DNA of 62,456 bases, filler included. It is 11 parts of 11 records of this genome, joined end to end, with 100 filler letters (N's around TTAATTAATTAA, not from the genome) between each part and the next. Parts side by side here need not be neighbours in the genome. Positions count along the whole stretch, not along the records: positions 18,150 to 24,218 come from SRR15195285_2030; positions 24,319 to 27,713 come from SRR15195285_2037; positions 27,814 to 31,285 come from SRR15195285_2040; positions 31,386 to 36,120 come from SRR15195285_2042; 7 more parts are not named here. One strand, written 5' to 3'. The position numbers and the translations under genes are program-made. This document shows, piece by piece, positions 21,501-33,146 of this stretch (positions within the stretch are counted from its first letter, which is position 1; every line of letters begins with the position of its first letter). The notes under the pieces were generated by a model. That model saw nothing but the letters and a program-made list of their open reading frames with translations, ran no database searches and had not been told where the DNA came from.

Positions 21501-23921
21501 TTGCAAACTTCAGCATATATTCGCCCATTGATCGTGGACCCAATGTCACAGGCGGCCAGGAGCCAGGAGTTCTATTGTTTAACCCACAGGATTATCTCAG
21601 CAGGTGGCCGGCAGGAGGAAAATTTTCGCAGTACAAGACTAGTCTTCTTGGACGCTATACCCGAGCTGTGGCATTGGCAGCTTGGGATGCAGACGCGAAC
21701 GGAGGCTTTTCGCTCATGACAGTGCCGAACACGCAGCGTGGGATTGAAACGCAGCCGTATGATGTAGCGGAGCTGCTGGTGCGGGTCGAAGCATACCACA
21801 ACACGAGCGCTGACGTTCCTCGTTACTTTGCGATTCGAGGGTGTGTCATTGTTGGCTCAGCAGTCGACCAAGCAGCTGTAAATGGCACATCTGGAGACCA
21901 GCTGTGCAGAACTCCATTGCAGTGCCAACCTGCAGTGCGTTGCCATGCTCCCACGCACACTGCGACTCGAGAGCTGCATGACGCTGGGGCTTTGTTCCAT
22001 GCCAACCTTCTGTCTCATGCAAGTGAGTGGACTTCTTTTTTTGAACCAAACCATTCAACGTTCAGCAGTCCATTGCAAGTAGAGCTTCGGTATGATCGCA
22101 GCGAAGGCACGCGATTAGTTGATATGGCCCGAGCGACGATTGCCAGTGCAATGAGCACGTTCGTGGGTTTACGTCCCAATTACGGTGATGGTGAGCGCCA
22201 GTCCCTACCATTCAATCTACTCCTGTCACACAAGAGCTGTTGTTCCACCAATCCCTGACCTACGTTGCTGCAACACCGCTTGACACTTGACAGGTTCAAA
22301 CTACTGGTCCGTCTCGGCAGCGGACAGGGGTGCTTTGCCACTGGAGTCCTTTTCGTTAGATAGGGCCCTACTTTTGTGGGGCTTGGAATCTCCAGCGGCA
22401 GCTAGGGTTGAGTACTACTTGTCACATTATGTCAGAGGACCTAACGGTTTGACCCCACAGAATTCCAGCGGTGCCAATACCTCCAAGGGGGTTCCAGGAT
22501 CGATCGACTTGAAACACTGGCGTGATACTTGCGCATTTGCAGATAGCTACGCTGATCTAGGACGATGGCTTGACCTCTGGGTCGATGTGGCACGCGCGAA
22601 GGAAGCTTCGAATGACTCCGAGTGGATCACTCGTACGTGGGTGCAGGTGAAATTGATGGCTCAGTACCTGCACAATCTGCGGGAAAATGCGACAAATACA
22701 ATCGGTATCTCGAAAGGACTGATCTACGGCCCTGCTGAGTTTGATGAATGCATGTATCAGGAACATTGGTTTTCGATCTCGGCGTGGGCATGGCGAGGAC
22801 TCTTGCAGCTGCAGCGTTTTCTTGTCGATACTGCGGTGCTCACATCAGAAGGACCGTTTGCAAAACGCATTCTTGACGAATGTACTCGGTTTAAACGCGA
22901 CCTTGATGCTGCTCGTGATGCTTCACTTGTTCGCGATGTGGCTGGCAAAATCATTTTCATACCGCCGTATCCAGCGACAAACTTTACTCCATATCCAGCG
23001 ATGCCATTCTCGAACCGCGGGACCCAGCAGCAGGATTATGGCGGTGGAGCCGCGTATGCAAATTTTAGGTACTTTTCAGAAATGCTTTCGGCACAATTTC
23101 TTGGAGAAGAGATTGACGTAGCCCTGTCCGATTTCCGTGAGAGCCACTACGGAACGCTCTCCTCAATGACACGGTTTCGCACGCACCTCGATGATATGCC
23201 TGCTGCTGGCTATGCCTACTCAAATGTAGCAAACAATCGTACGCTCTCGTTCAACTCGTTGCTGTTTGGACATATTGCGAACTATCAGTCACATGGCACC
23301 TTCAATGCGCCAGAGCAGCTCGGATTTAATATAGGTGACGATGGCTATCGTAAGTTACTCGGAGCTGGCACTGGTGAGGCTGATATTGATACGTGCGTGC
23401 CGAGCACAACTCTTGTGGCACTGATGCTGCGTTGGATGTTGGTGTTCGAAGAGAAAGATTCTGACACAGTCTGGATTCTAAAGACTGCACCTCGTCGAAT
23501 GTTTCCCGGTGGGAGCAAGAGCGAAGAGCACACCTCTGGCAACTATTTATCGGCTGATCGAGCTGCGACGCGCTTCGGCTGGTTTTCCTTTAGTGTCACT
23601 GCGCATGCTGACAATCATACTAGATTCCTCTCTGGCATTGAGGGATCTTCATTGCGGACCAAAGCTATAGTTTCGTTGGAATTGCACGGCCGCGGATATG
23701 TTGGTGTTCAAGACTATCTTCGCGTGGCGGTGCGGTTGCGCGACCCCGCCGGCGATAAATCTCTCCGATATGCTAACATAACAGGCAGCGACCACGACCG
23801 AGTTACCTTGATCGAGGTTGACAGCGAAGGCGAAAATGTTGTTTTGGAGGTCTCTCGAGAAGCGAGTGCAAAGGGTCGCATAACTAGCTTGTCGTTTGAT
23901 ATCGACGCCCACTTTGAGTGA
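18521..23921 (+). CDS. Secreted DUF5054-family (GH38/GH57-like barrel) protein fused to a second, probably (alpha/alpha)6 glycosidase-like module; 2 exons, about 1765 aa
   Basis: Signal peptide, then DUF5054-like motifs KVHLIMTNHFDAGF, YFPRAVRVA..LR..G.ERLVYTTHSWL, EVGDTW and WLMDKLGSWIDP. Intron 22191-22293 joins the two ORFs as PNYGDGSNYW. The C-terminal part has GLIYGPAEFD..WFSISAWAWRGL, YANFRYFSEML and HLDDMP. Confidence 0.8.
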
Positions 23922-24320
23922 CGACATTTCAAGCCTACTGGTGCATCTCGAGTAACTCGAAAGTCGAAATCACGCAAGCGAACTATTTTCCTGTCGTGGA
24001 CTGCCCCGAAAGCACTTAGTACGCCGCCCCGAAATACAGTACCTTTGACTACATGTATGATGACAGTGGTATCACACGAGCTGCAAGTGCTACCACACTA
24101 GACGAGTCTAGTGTGATATCATTAGATCCATCAGATCCATCCTCCAAACTTGTAAACCCGACAGATCTGATGCGGCGAAGATCTAGTATGCTTCATTTTC
24201 AGAAAATTGAAATGGCTANNNNNNNNNNNNNNNNNNNNNNNNNNNNNNNNNNNNNNNNNNNNTTAATTAATTAANNNNNNNNNNNNNNNNNNNNNNNNNN
24301 NNNNNNNNNNNNNNNNNNTC

Positions 24321-26288
24321 ATTGTTATCAACAGTGTCGACCGGCTTACGACCCCGTCACTCCCGTCGAAACCATCAGTAGCTGAAAGGGACGAGACGGA
24401 GCAGGCATCGCCTGGCGTGGAGGGTGTGGCTCTCAGCGGCAGCGTGGACAACACCGTAGCCGAGCAAAGCCTTACACAAGAGCCGGAGCCGGAACTGGGA
24501 CCAGAGCCAGAGGCAGAGACACCTGCCGGTCAGCCGATTAATGAGTTTGTGAGTGTCGACCTGCAAGAAGAACTTGACGATGCAGTCCATCCCTCTCAGG
24601 CAAAAGTCTCCGTGATCGCTGCAGGCGCCAGCGGAGCTGTCGCGGCCGCATCCGCATCGATCGATATGCATGGAATCGCTGCAGGTGAAGAGTCTAGGAA
24701 CGCAGGTGCAAACGCTCACTCAAGCCCAGCCGTTGACGGGCTCGAGCCACAAGATGCGACCGGATCCATGCCTGATCCTAGCGTGGAGGAAGGCATTCCG
24801 TTGCTCGGTGATCAACACGACCGGGCAGGCGACAGCACTAGTGGTAGCCCGGGCGGTACTACCTTCTGCACCTGTGGCTGCGGGATGGAGCAGCCCTCTC
24901 CACCGAACGAAACGCAGCTCGCGAATCGCCGTGAGCTGACTGCCTTGTTACTGATCGAGGATAATCCAGAAATGGAAGAGGTTGCCACAAAGGTGGCAAA
25001 AGGTACAGGGGCGGTGGTTGGTGGCGCAGCAGCCTCGGAGTTCGCGGTAGTCTCAGCCGGGTTCGTCGGTGGTAGGACGGCATCAGCCTGGCTTGCGGCG
25101 GTGGGAGGCCCGCTCGGTGTGGCTGCTGCAGTGACCATCACCGCTGTGACAGCTGTGCAGGGGTACAAAATGCTGAGTTCGGACGGGCAGCTCGACCAAC
25201 TTACAGCACTTGCTAAGAAGTCAGGCTTGCGATGCCAACGCATCGACGAGCTCGTGACTGCTAGTGCTCTCGACGGTGTGCACATCAGCTCTTCGTCCCA
25301 GGTCAATGAGATGAAGATACAGCTACGGGAGCGGTTAGGGATCGATCAGCTCAAGCAAAACGTTTCCGATGCTAACGGTGCATCCTTTGATGTATCCGTT
25401 GAACCTGGTGCCCCAGAGGGTGAACGTATACCAGTGGTGCTCGTGCCGTTGGGTCGCTTTCATCCAGGACAGTCAACAGACAGCACATCAGAAGTACTGC
25501 AGACTGACAGTCACGCTGGCGATGGTGCTGGTGACGGCGACAGCAATGGCGACAGCGGCAGCAGGCTACCGGAGTCAGTGTCAATTTATTACGAGCGTGG
25601 CGTAGACCCACAATCCATCAAGGGTCAGAAACTGCTGATCAAACTCGCCGGTCGCGAGGTAAGCATGGCTACGAAGGAAGGTCTGAGAGGCGCAGCAGAG
25701 GGCACCAAGGTCTTAGCAGCCACTGGCAAGGAAGCTGTCGAAGAGCTGCGAAAGGACGAGACTCAGGAGAAACTACGGCTTGCAGCTGCTAAGCAAAGAG
25801 AAGCCATCGAAGCCTCTGCCGTACAATTGGCAACTCAGTCGATTAAAGTCGCCGAGAAGAGTGCTGCATTTGTTGAGCTCTCAGCAGCCAAAGCATCCGA
25901 GGCAGCAAATTGGGCTGCCACTGAGACCGGGATGCGAGGAACCAATTCAGCGGAAGCAGAAGCAGACGCAAGTGCCGTTGAGCAGCCTGCGGATGTGCAG
26001 AAGCGAATGGCCATCGTTCACGATAGTTTTGACCCGGCAGACCCTAGCGACATGGCACCTTTCGCATCGACAATGCCGACTCAGGTAGCTGGTGCTCGGC
26101 GGATCGGCCCAGTTGCAGTGGACGCTGGCTGTGTGGTAAAGATACTGGACGATGTCTGCGGTGACGAGTCCCATGGCGAGTGGTGGCATGTAGAAGTTCC
26201 AGCCACTGGCGCAGTCGGCTTGATTCCAGCTTCTGTCGCGATCTCAACTGCGAGCGGTGGGAGCGATGGAGCTTGGAGTGCCATCTGA
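24321..26288 (+). CDS. Protein with glycine-rich hydrophobic segment and C-terminal SH3-like domain; 5-prime partial
   Basis: Frame open from the contig start. SH3 signature AIVHDSFDP...AGCVVKIL...GEWWHVE...GAVGLIPAS at about 26004-26240. Gly/Ala-rich GAVVGGAA..GGPLGVAAAV segment. Confidence 0.7.
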   Translation: MVINSVDRLTTPSLPSKPSVAERDETEQASPGVEGVALSGSVDNTVAEQSLTQEPEPELGPEPEAETPAGQPINEFVSVDLQEELDDAVHPSQAKVSVIAAGASGAVAAASASIDMHGIAAGEESRNAGANAHSSPAVDGLEPQDATGSMPDPSVEEGIPLLGDQHDRAGDSTSGSPGGTTFCTCGCGMEQPSPPNETQLANRRELTALLLIEDNPEMEEVATKVAKGTGAVVGGAAASEFAVVSAGFVGGRTASAWLAAVGGPLGVAAAVTITAVTAVQGYKMLSSDGQLDQLTALAKKSGLRCQRIDELVTASALDGVHISSSSQVNEMKIQLRERLGIDQLKQNVSDANGASFDVSVEPGAPEGERIPVVLVPLGRFHPGQSTDSTSEVLQTDSHAGDGAGDGDSNGDSGSRLPESVSIYYERGVDPQSIKGQKLLIKLAGREVSMATKEGLRGAAEGTKVLAATGKEAVEELRKDETQEKLRLAAAKQREAIEASAVQLATQSIKVAEKSAAFVELSAAKASEAANWAATETGMRGTNSAEAEADASAVEQPADVQKRMAIVHDSFDPADPSDMAPFASTMPTQVAGARRIGPVAVDAGCVVKILDDVCGDESHGEWWHVEVPATGAVGLIPASVAISTASGGSDGAWSAI

Positions 26289-26520
26289 CGACGTGGACAG
26301 GGCTGAGCATTACCGAAGATGCAAAAGACAGGCGAGTAGCCAGCGATGACACCGGTGGTCCTGCCACCAATGCAGTGGGTAGCGCTCAAAGAACGCTCAC
26401 TTTGTTATTTTTCGACGCTCGGTACTTGCGCGAAGCTTCGTGGAATTCAATCGGTGTATCGCTACCTATACGTAGCTTGCCCGAATGCAGCAGCTCTCGG
26501 CACGCTTCCAGCAGCCGCTG

Positions 26521-27711
26521 CTAGCTCCGGATTCTGTCTGTCTGTGCACCGCCTCTGTTGCTGTCGTAGAGCTGTCGCAACTCGTCTGTCGACAGCAGGG
26601 CCTGTGCGCTCGGCACTTCTGGTACGTGCAGCCTCTCCGTCGCCGCACCCGGTGTGCCGTGCTGGACGCCCCCTGCGACCGTACGAGACTGCTGCTCCAG
26701 CACCTGGTAAGCTAACCGTAGCCGCGGCGGCAAGTCCTCCATCGTCCGATCGCGCCGAGGGCTTCCGCTTGGTTTACGAGTGCTGCGCGGCGACAAGCCT
26801 GGCAGTGTCGGCAGGTGCATCTTGAGAACAGACGACGACTTGCTGAACTCCCTTGACGCGTGCTGCTGCGGTCGCAACGCAGCTGGTGGGCGTGGCCGCA
26901 GATGCTTGGGCGTCGCGTAGCCACGCTTGCGACCTGCTACCGCGTCATTGTCAGCCCGGCGCGTCCCGCTAGCCATCTGCTTCTGGGTGAGCCGCAGGCC
27001 TAGCTTTTGGAAATCGTTTAGCAGTCGCTCAGATTCAAAGCTGTACATCGACAGCAGCGTGCCAACGTCAATCCCCGTACCGGCCGACGCACCGAACGCT
27101 TCACACATGTGCGCCCAGTTGTTCAGTGTCAGCGACTGAACAGCATCCCCGCGGCCGCACTTCTCCTGCAGGGCAATGAACTCATCGCGAGAAATGTAAC
27201 CATCCTGGTCGGCATCTGCCTCGCTCATGATCAGTCGCACCATTGGTTTCATGTGCCTGCCCGGGTCAGGCTTGCTGCCGTCCTCCAGAGCCGCGAGCTG
27301 CAGCCATTCTTCGAGCTCTGCCAAGCTGACGGTTCCGCCGTGGTCCGTGTCGATCGTGTCTATCAGCGCCTTGAGCTGGTCTGAGACATCTTCCCCCTCA
27401 ACTACTGGGGCGGAGGATTGCAGCCGCACCACTCCTGTGTCGCCGTCTTTGAAGGTTCCTTGCGCGTGTCTGGCACCGCGCTCCGCCCGCGCCACACCCA
27501 CGGTGATGTCCAGCCGTTGCAGCGCCTCGAGCAGCTCGTTCTTGTCGATGTCACCGGTGGCATCCTTGTCGACGGCTTTCATGAGGTTCGCGGCATTGTG
27601 CACTTTCACGCCGTTCAACGTGCGCCCGGCCTTGAGCACCTCGCGCAGCTGCTGGCGCAGCCGCTCGGTCACGGACGCGCCTGCCGGCTCGGGCTCGGGC
27701 TCGGGCTCGGG
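26521..27711 (-). CDS. EF-hand calcium-binding protein; 5-prime partial
   Basis: Canonical loops DKDATGDIDKNE, DTDHGGTVSLAE and DADQDGYISRDE. Frame open into the (GAGCCC)n EPEP tract at the contig end. Confidence 0.85.
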   Translation of the reverse strand, partial: PEPEPEPEPAGASVTERLRQQLREVLKAGRTLNGVKVHNAANLMKAVDKDATGDIDKNELLEALQRLDITVGVARAERGARHAQGTFKDGDTGVVRLQSSAPVVEGEDVSDQLKALIDTIDTDHGGTVSLAELEEWLQLAALEDGSKPDPGRHMKPMVRLIMSEADADQDGYISRDEFIALQEKCGRGDAVQSLTLNNWAHMCEAFGASAGTGIDVGTLLSMYSFESERLLNDFQKLGLRLTQKQMASGTRRADNDAVAGRKRGYATPKHLRPRPPAALRPQQHASREFSKSSSVLKMHLPTLPGLSPRSTRKPSGSPRRDRTMEDLPPRLRLAYQVLEQQSRTVAGGVQHGTPGAATERLHVPEVPSAQALLSTDELRQLYDSNRGGAQTDRIRS

Positions 27712-27813
27712 CTNNNNNNNNNNNNNNNNNNNNNNNNNNNNNNNNNNNNNNNNNNNNTTAATTAATTAANNNNNNNNNNNNNNNNNNNNNNNNNNNNNNN
27801 NNNNNNNNNNNNN

Positions 27814-27842
27814 ACAGCACAGCACAGCACAGCACAGCACAG
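27814..27842. repeat. (ACAGC)n microsatellite at contig start
   Basis: About five tandem ACAGC units. Confidence 0.9.
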
Positions 27843-27940
27843 AGCGTGGCGCAGCAAGGCACAGCCACCCCACCGTTTGTGAAGGTGGTTGGATGCTGAT
27901 GCGCGCGCTGGTGCTGGTGCTTGTTTCTGTTTCTCCTCAG

Positions 27941-30282
27941 ATTATGAAGGGGCAATCGACTACTACCTCCACACTATCGGCAAAACGTTTCTTGACCTGC
28001 ACGTAGGGACCTCAGAGAAGCCACTCGAGCAAACATGCCGTGAGTGCGCTCTCTAGTATTACTATCTCACAGCAATGATTTGTCTGGCACGTCATGTTGA
28101 TTCGCATCGCTAGCCAATGATGCGGTTACCATTGGCATGTGTTGCTGTCTAACCGCACGTACAGAGCCGCTCTTCAATGGCACCTATGACATGGATATGT
28201 TCACTGACCGTGCTCTCTCCATCGTCGACAGTCACCCGGTAAGCATAGCACGCACCGAACCAGAACCACCCATCAAGAGTAGCAGACCGCGACCAGCAGC
28301 CTAGCGGTGCACCCAAGCCAGCCTGTGGGTGTGTCTGATGCACCAGCGTGTTACTTGTATAGCTAACGACATGACACCTCTGTGATTGCTCGTCCGCTTG
28401 CGTATACGACGATGATCATCGATCATAGGACCGCACCCGCGCAGAGTTCACCAAGCCATTCTTCATGTACCTAGCGTTCCACTCTGTCCACGCTCCTGAC
28501 GAGTGCTCAGAGTATTGGTACAAGCAGTTCGGTTCCTTTCCCGACACGGACAACCGCAGAACGATGGCAGGGCAAGTCTCAGCTATGGATTCATCGGTAG
28601 GGAAGATCTTGGAGCACTGGCAGCGATCAAAGTCGACAGAGTTCTGGAACAACAGCTTCTTCATCTTCCATTCGGACAATGGCGGACCGGTCTATCCAGG
28701 CGCAGGGACGAACAACTATCGTGCGTGATGCGCTGTGCAGTCCCTTCGCCGTCGCTGCTGCTGCCAGCCCCGCCGCTGAGCAGTTGTACATGGGTATTCT
28801 AAGCTGGCAGGCTGTACGCAGCGTTGCGCGGTGGCAAGCTGACGGTATGGGAAGGTGGCATGAAAGTGAATGCCTGGGTGTACTCTCCTACATTGATCGC
28901 TAACCCAGGGACAGCGGCTAACCCCCGCTATGAGAAAGGATTGATGCATATCACTGATATGATCCCGACACTTGTAAGACTTAAGTTCTTTAGCAATCTC
29001 TCACGTCGTGTAGAGTGTACTGTACTATACTGGCAGGCACAGGCTTTCTTGATAATAGCGTCTTGCTGTGTGTATGTGCGTCTGTTTGTGTCCCTCCCCG
29101 ACTGGTTACATGATTGTAGGCGGGAGGGCTAGGTGGCGTGGCACCCAAAGGCGGCCGACCATTGGACGGCGTGGACCTGTTCCCTATGCTATCCAACGCG
29201 TCTGTGCCATCGGCACGCACCGAAATCCTCCACCTCATCGACCCACTAGGGAACGGCAAGACAAACTTCACTATGGCGAATGTAGCCGGCTGCGGTGGTG
29301 AGCCAGGAACTACATCGGCGACGCACCCACCAGGTAATCATTGATACTACTGGCTCTAACACGCAGTGCCCATGCTCATTCCACTCACCCATGATACGTA
29401 CTTGTATCGATATGATGTTAGTAATGTGTTGTGCACAGGTGAATGCGAGGACTCGATGGCGATTCGCGTGGGCGACTACAAGCTGATTGTCGGCCAGTTT
29501 GCACGCTGCGGTCGAAATCCTAACCGTGCTGGTGAAGACGAAGACTTTATCACACAGAGGATGTGTGGCTGGTGGCTGCCGGTGGGCAGTGCGAACAATA
29601 CGCAGCGTGCTGAGGAGATTGACGAAGCCTATGCCCTCAATGAGAATGCGTCCCGTCATGGCTCAGCACTCGACGCCATTGATCGGGAGCAACACACACA
29701 GCATGCGATGACGACAGCAGCACCTGCTCCTCCTCCTCACCCTACGCTGCCTGTGATGCTGTTCAATATCGCCCTTGATCCAAACGGTCCGCAGCAACCG
29801 ACCGACTCACTCCCCACACAGATCATACCTTGCTAGGCTGTGACGACATGTTTTGTCAACATTGCTTAATCGCTCCACATCGCACCGTCCCGCACTGCAC
29901 TGAGCTGAATCATGCACTGCTGTGTTGGTACAATCAATCAGAGCGCGAGGACCTCTCTATTTCCGAGCCCGCGATGGTCACATCCATGCTAGCAAAGCTT
30001 GAGGCATACCGCACGACCGAGTGGCTGGGGCCGCAGTGGGATACAAACCCACAGTCACACACCTGCGACACCGGCCCAACGATTGGTTCCAACACAGGCT
30101 CTTGTGAGATGCGACCTGATCTCTACGTGCAGGCACACAATAAGAAGGGCTGCATTGACTCCTACATTGGCCAGAGTAGTGGCGGCAACGGTGCTGCTGC
30201 CGCTGGCTTCGCGCTGGATGAGATAGTAGGGCTAAGGGCCCACATCGATCAAGTCTCGCGCACCGCCGGCAGCTCGTACTAG
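27941..30282 (+). CDS. Arylsulfatase (S1 family, ARSB-like); multi-exon, 5-prime partial
   Basis: Spliced exons give KPFFMYLAFHSVHAP, MAGQVSAMDSSVGKIL, FIFHSDNGG, NNYPLRGGKLTVWEGG, LMHITDMIPTL, PLDGVDL, AIRVGDYKLI and LFNIALDPNEREDL. The N-terminal CxPxR motif lies beyond the contig edge. Confidence 0.92.
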
Positions 30283-31069
30283 TACTACCAGTCTAGTTAG
30301 CTAGTTGCTATCGCTCGGGCGATAGAAAGTGGCCGGTAGGTTGAAATGTAGGATACTTGTTGCAGCGGCTCCCAGCATCGCTCGAGACAGAGTCGAGTTT
30401 CGTGACTGGGAGACACAACCTAGACACCTAGCGGCAGCCGTTTCGGCTGCGAAACGGTCGCGAGGCGCACGCGAGGCGAGGACGTAGAAGCACCAAGTCG
30501 CCGCCGCAAGTCGAGTCGAAGCACAGCAAAGAATGTACCGATGACGAGGACGGCGTAAATCACAATTGTGGCAAATGTAGTAAATCGATCGTTATCACAC
30601 AATGAGCTCGAGTTTTTAAAACACACCGTACACTGTAGGGATCCCAAGTGCATTTTCGCAAATTGCTTGTTGTCGATAACCTTGGTCGATGGAGTCGCAG
30701 CCCCAAACGCACTTTCAGTCATCTCCTCATGTGCGACTTGCACAAATAGCAATTCCTTGCTTGTGGCGGCATTGAGCTCAACAAGCGCTGGCGCGGGCGA
30801 GAGGATTAGGCTGCCTAAGAACAGTAATCAGAAGAGAACAATAAGAAGCCATTAAAAGCTCTGCAACTGCTCTTTCCCTCGCGTAACGCGCGAGACGTTA
30901 GACTCGCTCCCCGGGACCCCCTAGCATCGTGTGCAGATGGCTGTATTATTGTCAACGATACTACGGCACGATGTCGCGCAAGACAAAATGCGCACATCCG
31001 TATGATTCTATATATGGCAAATTCCTACAGATTCACATTTGAACACAGGGTGCTCGGGTACCACTCTGC

Positions 31070-31285
31070 CTACATGCGACCCAGGAATTTTGCGACCCAG
31101 CCATCAAATATGATCGAGTAGCTGTTTGAACCAATCAGAGCTCCGTTGTAGGTGTCGATCGTTCCGACACCGTACGCCTGCTCCTCAACGATTACGCGCG
31201 TTCCAAAAGGCATAGGGCCATCATGTTGGGCTCCGCCCTCACCGTTGGCTGCATGATCGTGACCCGGGCCCCGGCAAAATAACGC
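31070..31285 (-). CDS. Possible 3-prime fragment of a gene cut by the contig end
   Basis: Open frame from the contig end reads PFGTRVIVEEQAYGVGTIDTYNGALIGSNSYSIIFDG, which looks like a small beta domain; no start codon context is available. Confidence 0.3.
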   Translation of the reverse strand, partial: ALFCRGPGHDHAANGEGGAQHDGPMPFGTRVIVEEQAYGVGTIDTYNGALIGSNSYSIIFDGWVAKFLGRM

Positions 31286-31537
31286 NNNNNNNNNNNNNNN
31301 NNNNNNNNNNNNNNNNNNNNNNNNNNNNNTTAATTAATTAANNNNNNNNNNNNNNNNNNNNNNNNNNNNNNNNNNNNNNNNNNNNACCGTATAATATCAA
31401 GTTGTACACGGGACTAATTCCTCGCTGTTTGACGACACGGACACGCGCGGGTGCGCCGCGGCGCGCGGCCGGCTCGCGCTCGCGCGGGCGCGCTACGTAT
31501 CGTACTAGCTAGCTAGTACGGCTACCCCCGTACCGGG

Positions 31538-31549
31538 GTAGGATCCTAC
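31538..31549. promoter_or_regulatory. Palindrome GTAGGATCCTAC upstream of a gene; candidate promoter element
   Basis: The same or a 1-nt-longer motif lies upstream of genes on four contigs (18419, 31538, 40601, 56202). Confidence 0.4.
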
Positions 31550-31697
31550 GCTGCTCGCAGATCTGAGGAGGGAACCGCGGCCCGCGCGAGTCGACGCCAG
31601 CGCCGAGCGTCGTCTACACGCAGAGGGTACAGGCTGGCCTGCTGCGCTGCGCAGAGGAGCGCCCTCTTGCCCCTCAACGGCTGGTTGCAACGAGTAG

Positions 31698-32945
31698 ATG
31701 CAGGCAGCGAGCGCAGAGGCGCTGAAGTTTGAGACGCTGTCGCGCTGGGCGTCGACAACCGACGCTGAACTTGAGTTCAGCTCAGAGGTCGCCAATGGTG
31801 GACCTGTGCGCTCGTCGTCGACCGACGAGCCGAAGCCGATGCGTAGCACGAGCCACACTAGCGGAGCACTCTACGAACCAAGGCTAGCGGATGATGGTGC
31901 GCTGCATCCGACCATGTCCAGCAGTCAGCGTGCCTTCAGTGTGCCAGCACCGCCACAGGACTTGTACCCGGGCGGCGTAGAGCAGGCCGTCTCCGGAGGT
32001 GAAGCGTTGTCGAAACGCGACGGCAGCACTGGATGCCGCAGTCCAGACCCGCTGTGGGGTGGTTCAACGAAGCCGGCCTCGCCTGCCCACCGCTCACAGC
32101 AGGCTTCGTCGCCTCCACCATCTTGGTTTAGTGGGGATCCGACCCTGCAGGGCAACCGTCTGGCGGCGCAGATGGACACGCTTCGACAAGAGAACGAGCG
32201 GCTTGCCATAGAGGAAGCGAGCAGGCAGCCGTTCGGGTCGCTGCCAACCACGTCGCAGTATCTCGAAACGGCGGTAGCCATGCAGAAGCGGCAGCCAGCA
32301 CCAGCCGAGTACGTTGACCGCGAACAAGCCACGCAGCAGACGAGTCAGCAGATTCGTGCGCTCGATCATTCGGAGCAACAGGAGCTGAACCGGCTGCGTC
32401 AACGCACCCACCAGTTGGAGATAAATGTTCAGTCCTCCTACATTCAGGCAGGTACTGTGCATGCGGAGCTTGACACGCAGAGAAGAGCTACTGCTGCCGC
32501 TGAGGATCATGCCCGGCAACTGCAGGCGAAGCTTGACAAAGAACGACGGGCTGTCCAGCGGCTGACGAGCCGACCCATCCCTGTGTCATCGGCATCGGCT
32601 GTGGTTGCACCGACGCGGAGCATTGCTGTACCCGATGACCCCAGAGTTCTTCGAGGGGATGGTTCGCCGTTCGCCGCAGCAAGGGAAGAGCTAACCACAC
32701 TGCAGAACACCACGGCTCGCTTCTCCGACACTGAGAACGAGCTGGCAAAAAGTGTAGCACGAATAGCAGAGCTGGAGGGGACCATTCGTGATCGAGATGC
32801 AGAGCTTTTGCGCAAAGATCAGTTGCTTCGTGAGAAGGAAGAGCTCTTGCGGAGGCAGGAGGAGCAACTTAGAGATAGAGATCGCCGACTGGCCAAGCTG
32901 GCGAGCGGGATGCGTCAACTCATCCACGAGGCTGAGCCGCAGTAG
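31698..32945 (+). CDS. Hypothetical protein with C-terminal coiled coil (415 aa)
   Basis: Single ATG-initiated ORF with a disordered N-terminal half and strong heptads (ELAKSVARIAELEGTIRDRDAELLRKDQLLREKEELL). GC-rich promoter-like region upstream. Confidence 0.75.
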   Translation: MQAASAEALKFETLSRWASTTDAELEFSSEVANGGPVRSSSTDEPKPMRSTSHTSGALYEPRLADDGALHPTMSSSQRAFSVPAPPQDLYPGGVEQAVSGGEALSKRDGSTGCRSPDPLWGGSTKPASPAHRSQQASSPPPSWFSGDPTLQGNRLAAQMDTLRQENERLAIEEASRQPFGSLPTTSQYLETAVAMQKRQPAPAEYVDREQATQQTSQQIRALDHSEQQELNRLRQRTHQLEINVQSSYIQAGTVHAELDTQRRATAAAEDHARQLQAKLDKERRAVQRLTSRPIPVSSASAVVAPTRSIAVPDDPRVLRGDGSPFAAAREELTTLQNTTARFSDTENELAKSVARIAELEGTIRDRDAELLRKDQLLREKEELLRRQEEQLRDRDRRLAKLASGMRQLIHEAEPQ

Positions 32946-33146
32946 CGTGTAGAATGTAGAATGTAGAATGTAGGATGGTCAAGAATGCACTATTCATTCA
33001 AGTATTGATCAGCGTCTAAAATTGCCACTTCAATATGACAGCGACTGTCGGCCACACACATCCACGCGGAGGGGGAGTTGCATAGAAAGTTAGTGGCAGA
33101 ATGCGAACGTGGCACGATCTAAACCAGCGGGCTGCTAGGCACATCT

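Noticed and set aside
30420-30855. 110-aa minus-strand ORF with one hydrophobic helix
   Set aside because: Non-ATG start, no motif and no convincing exon connection; left uncalled.
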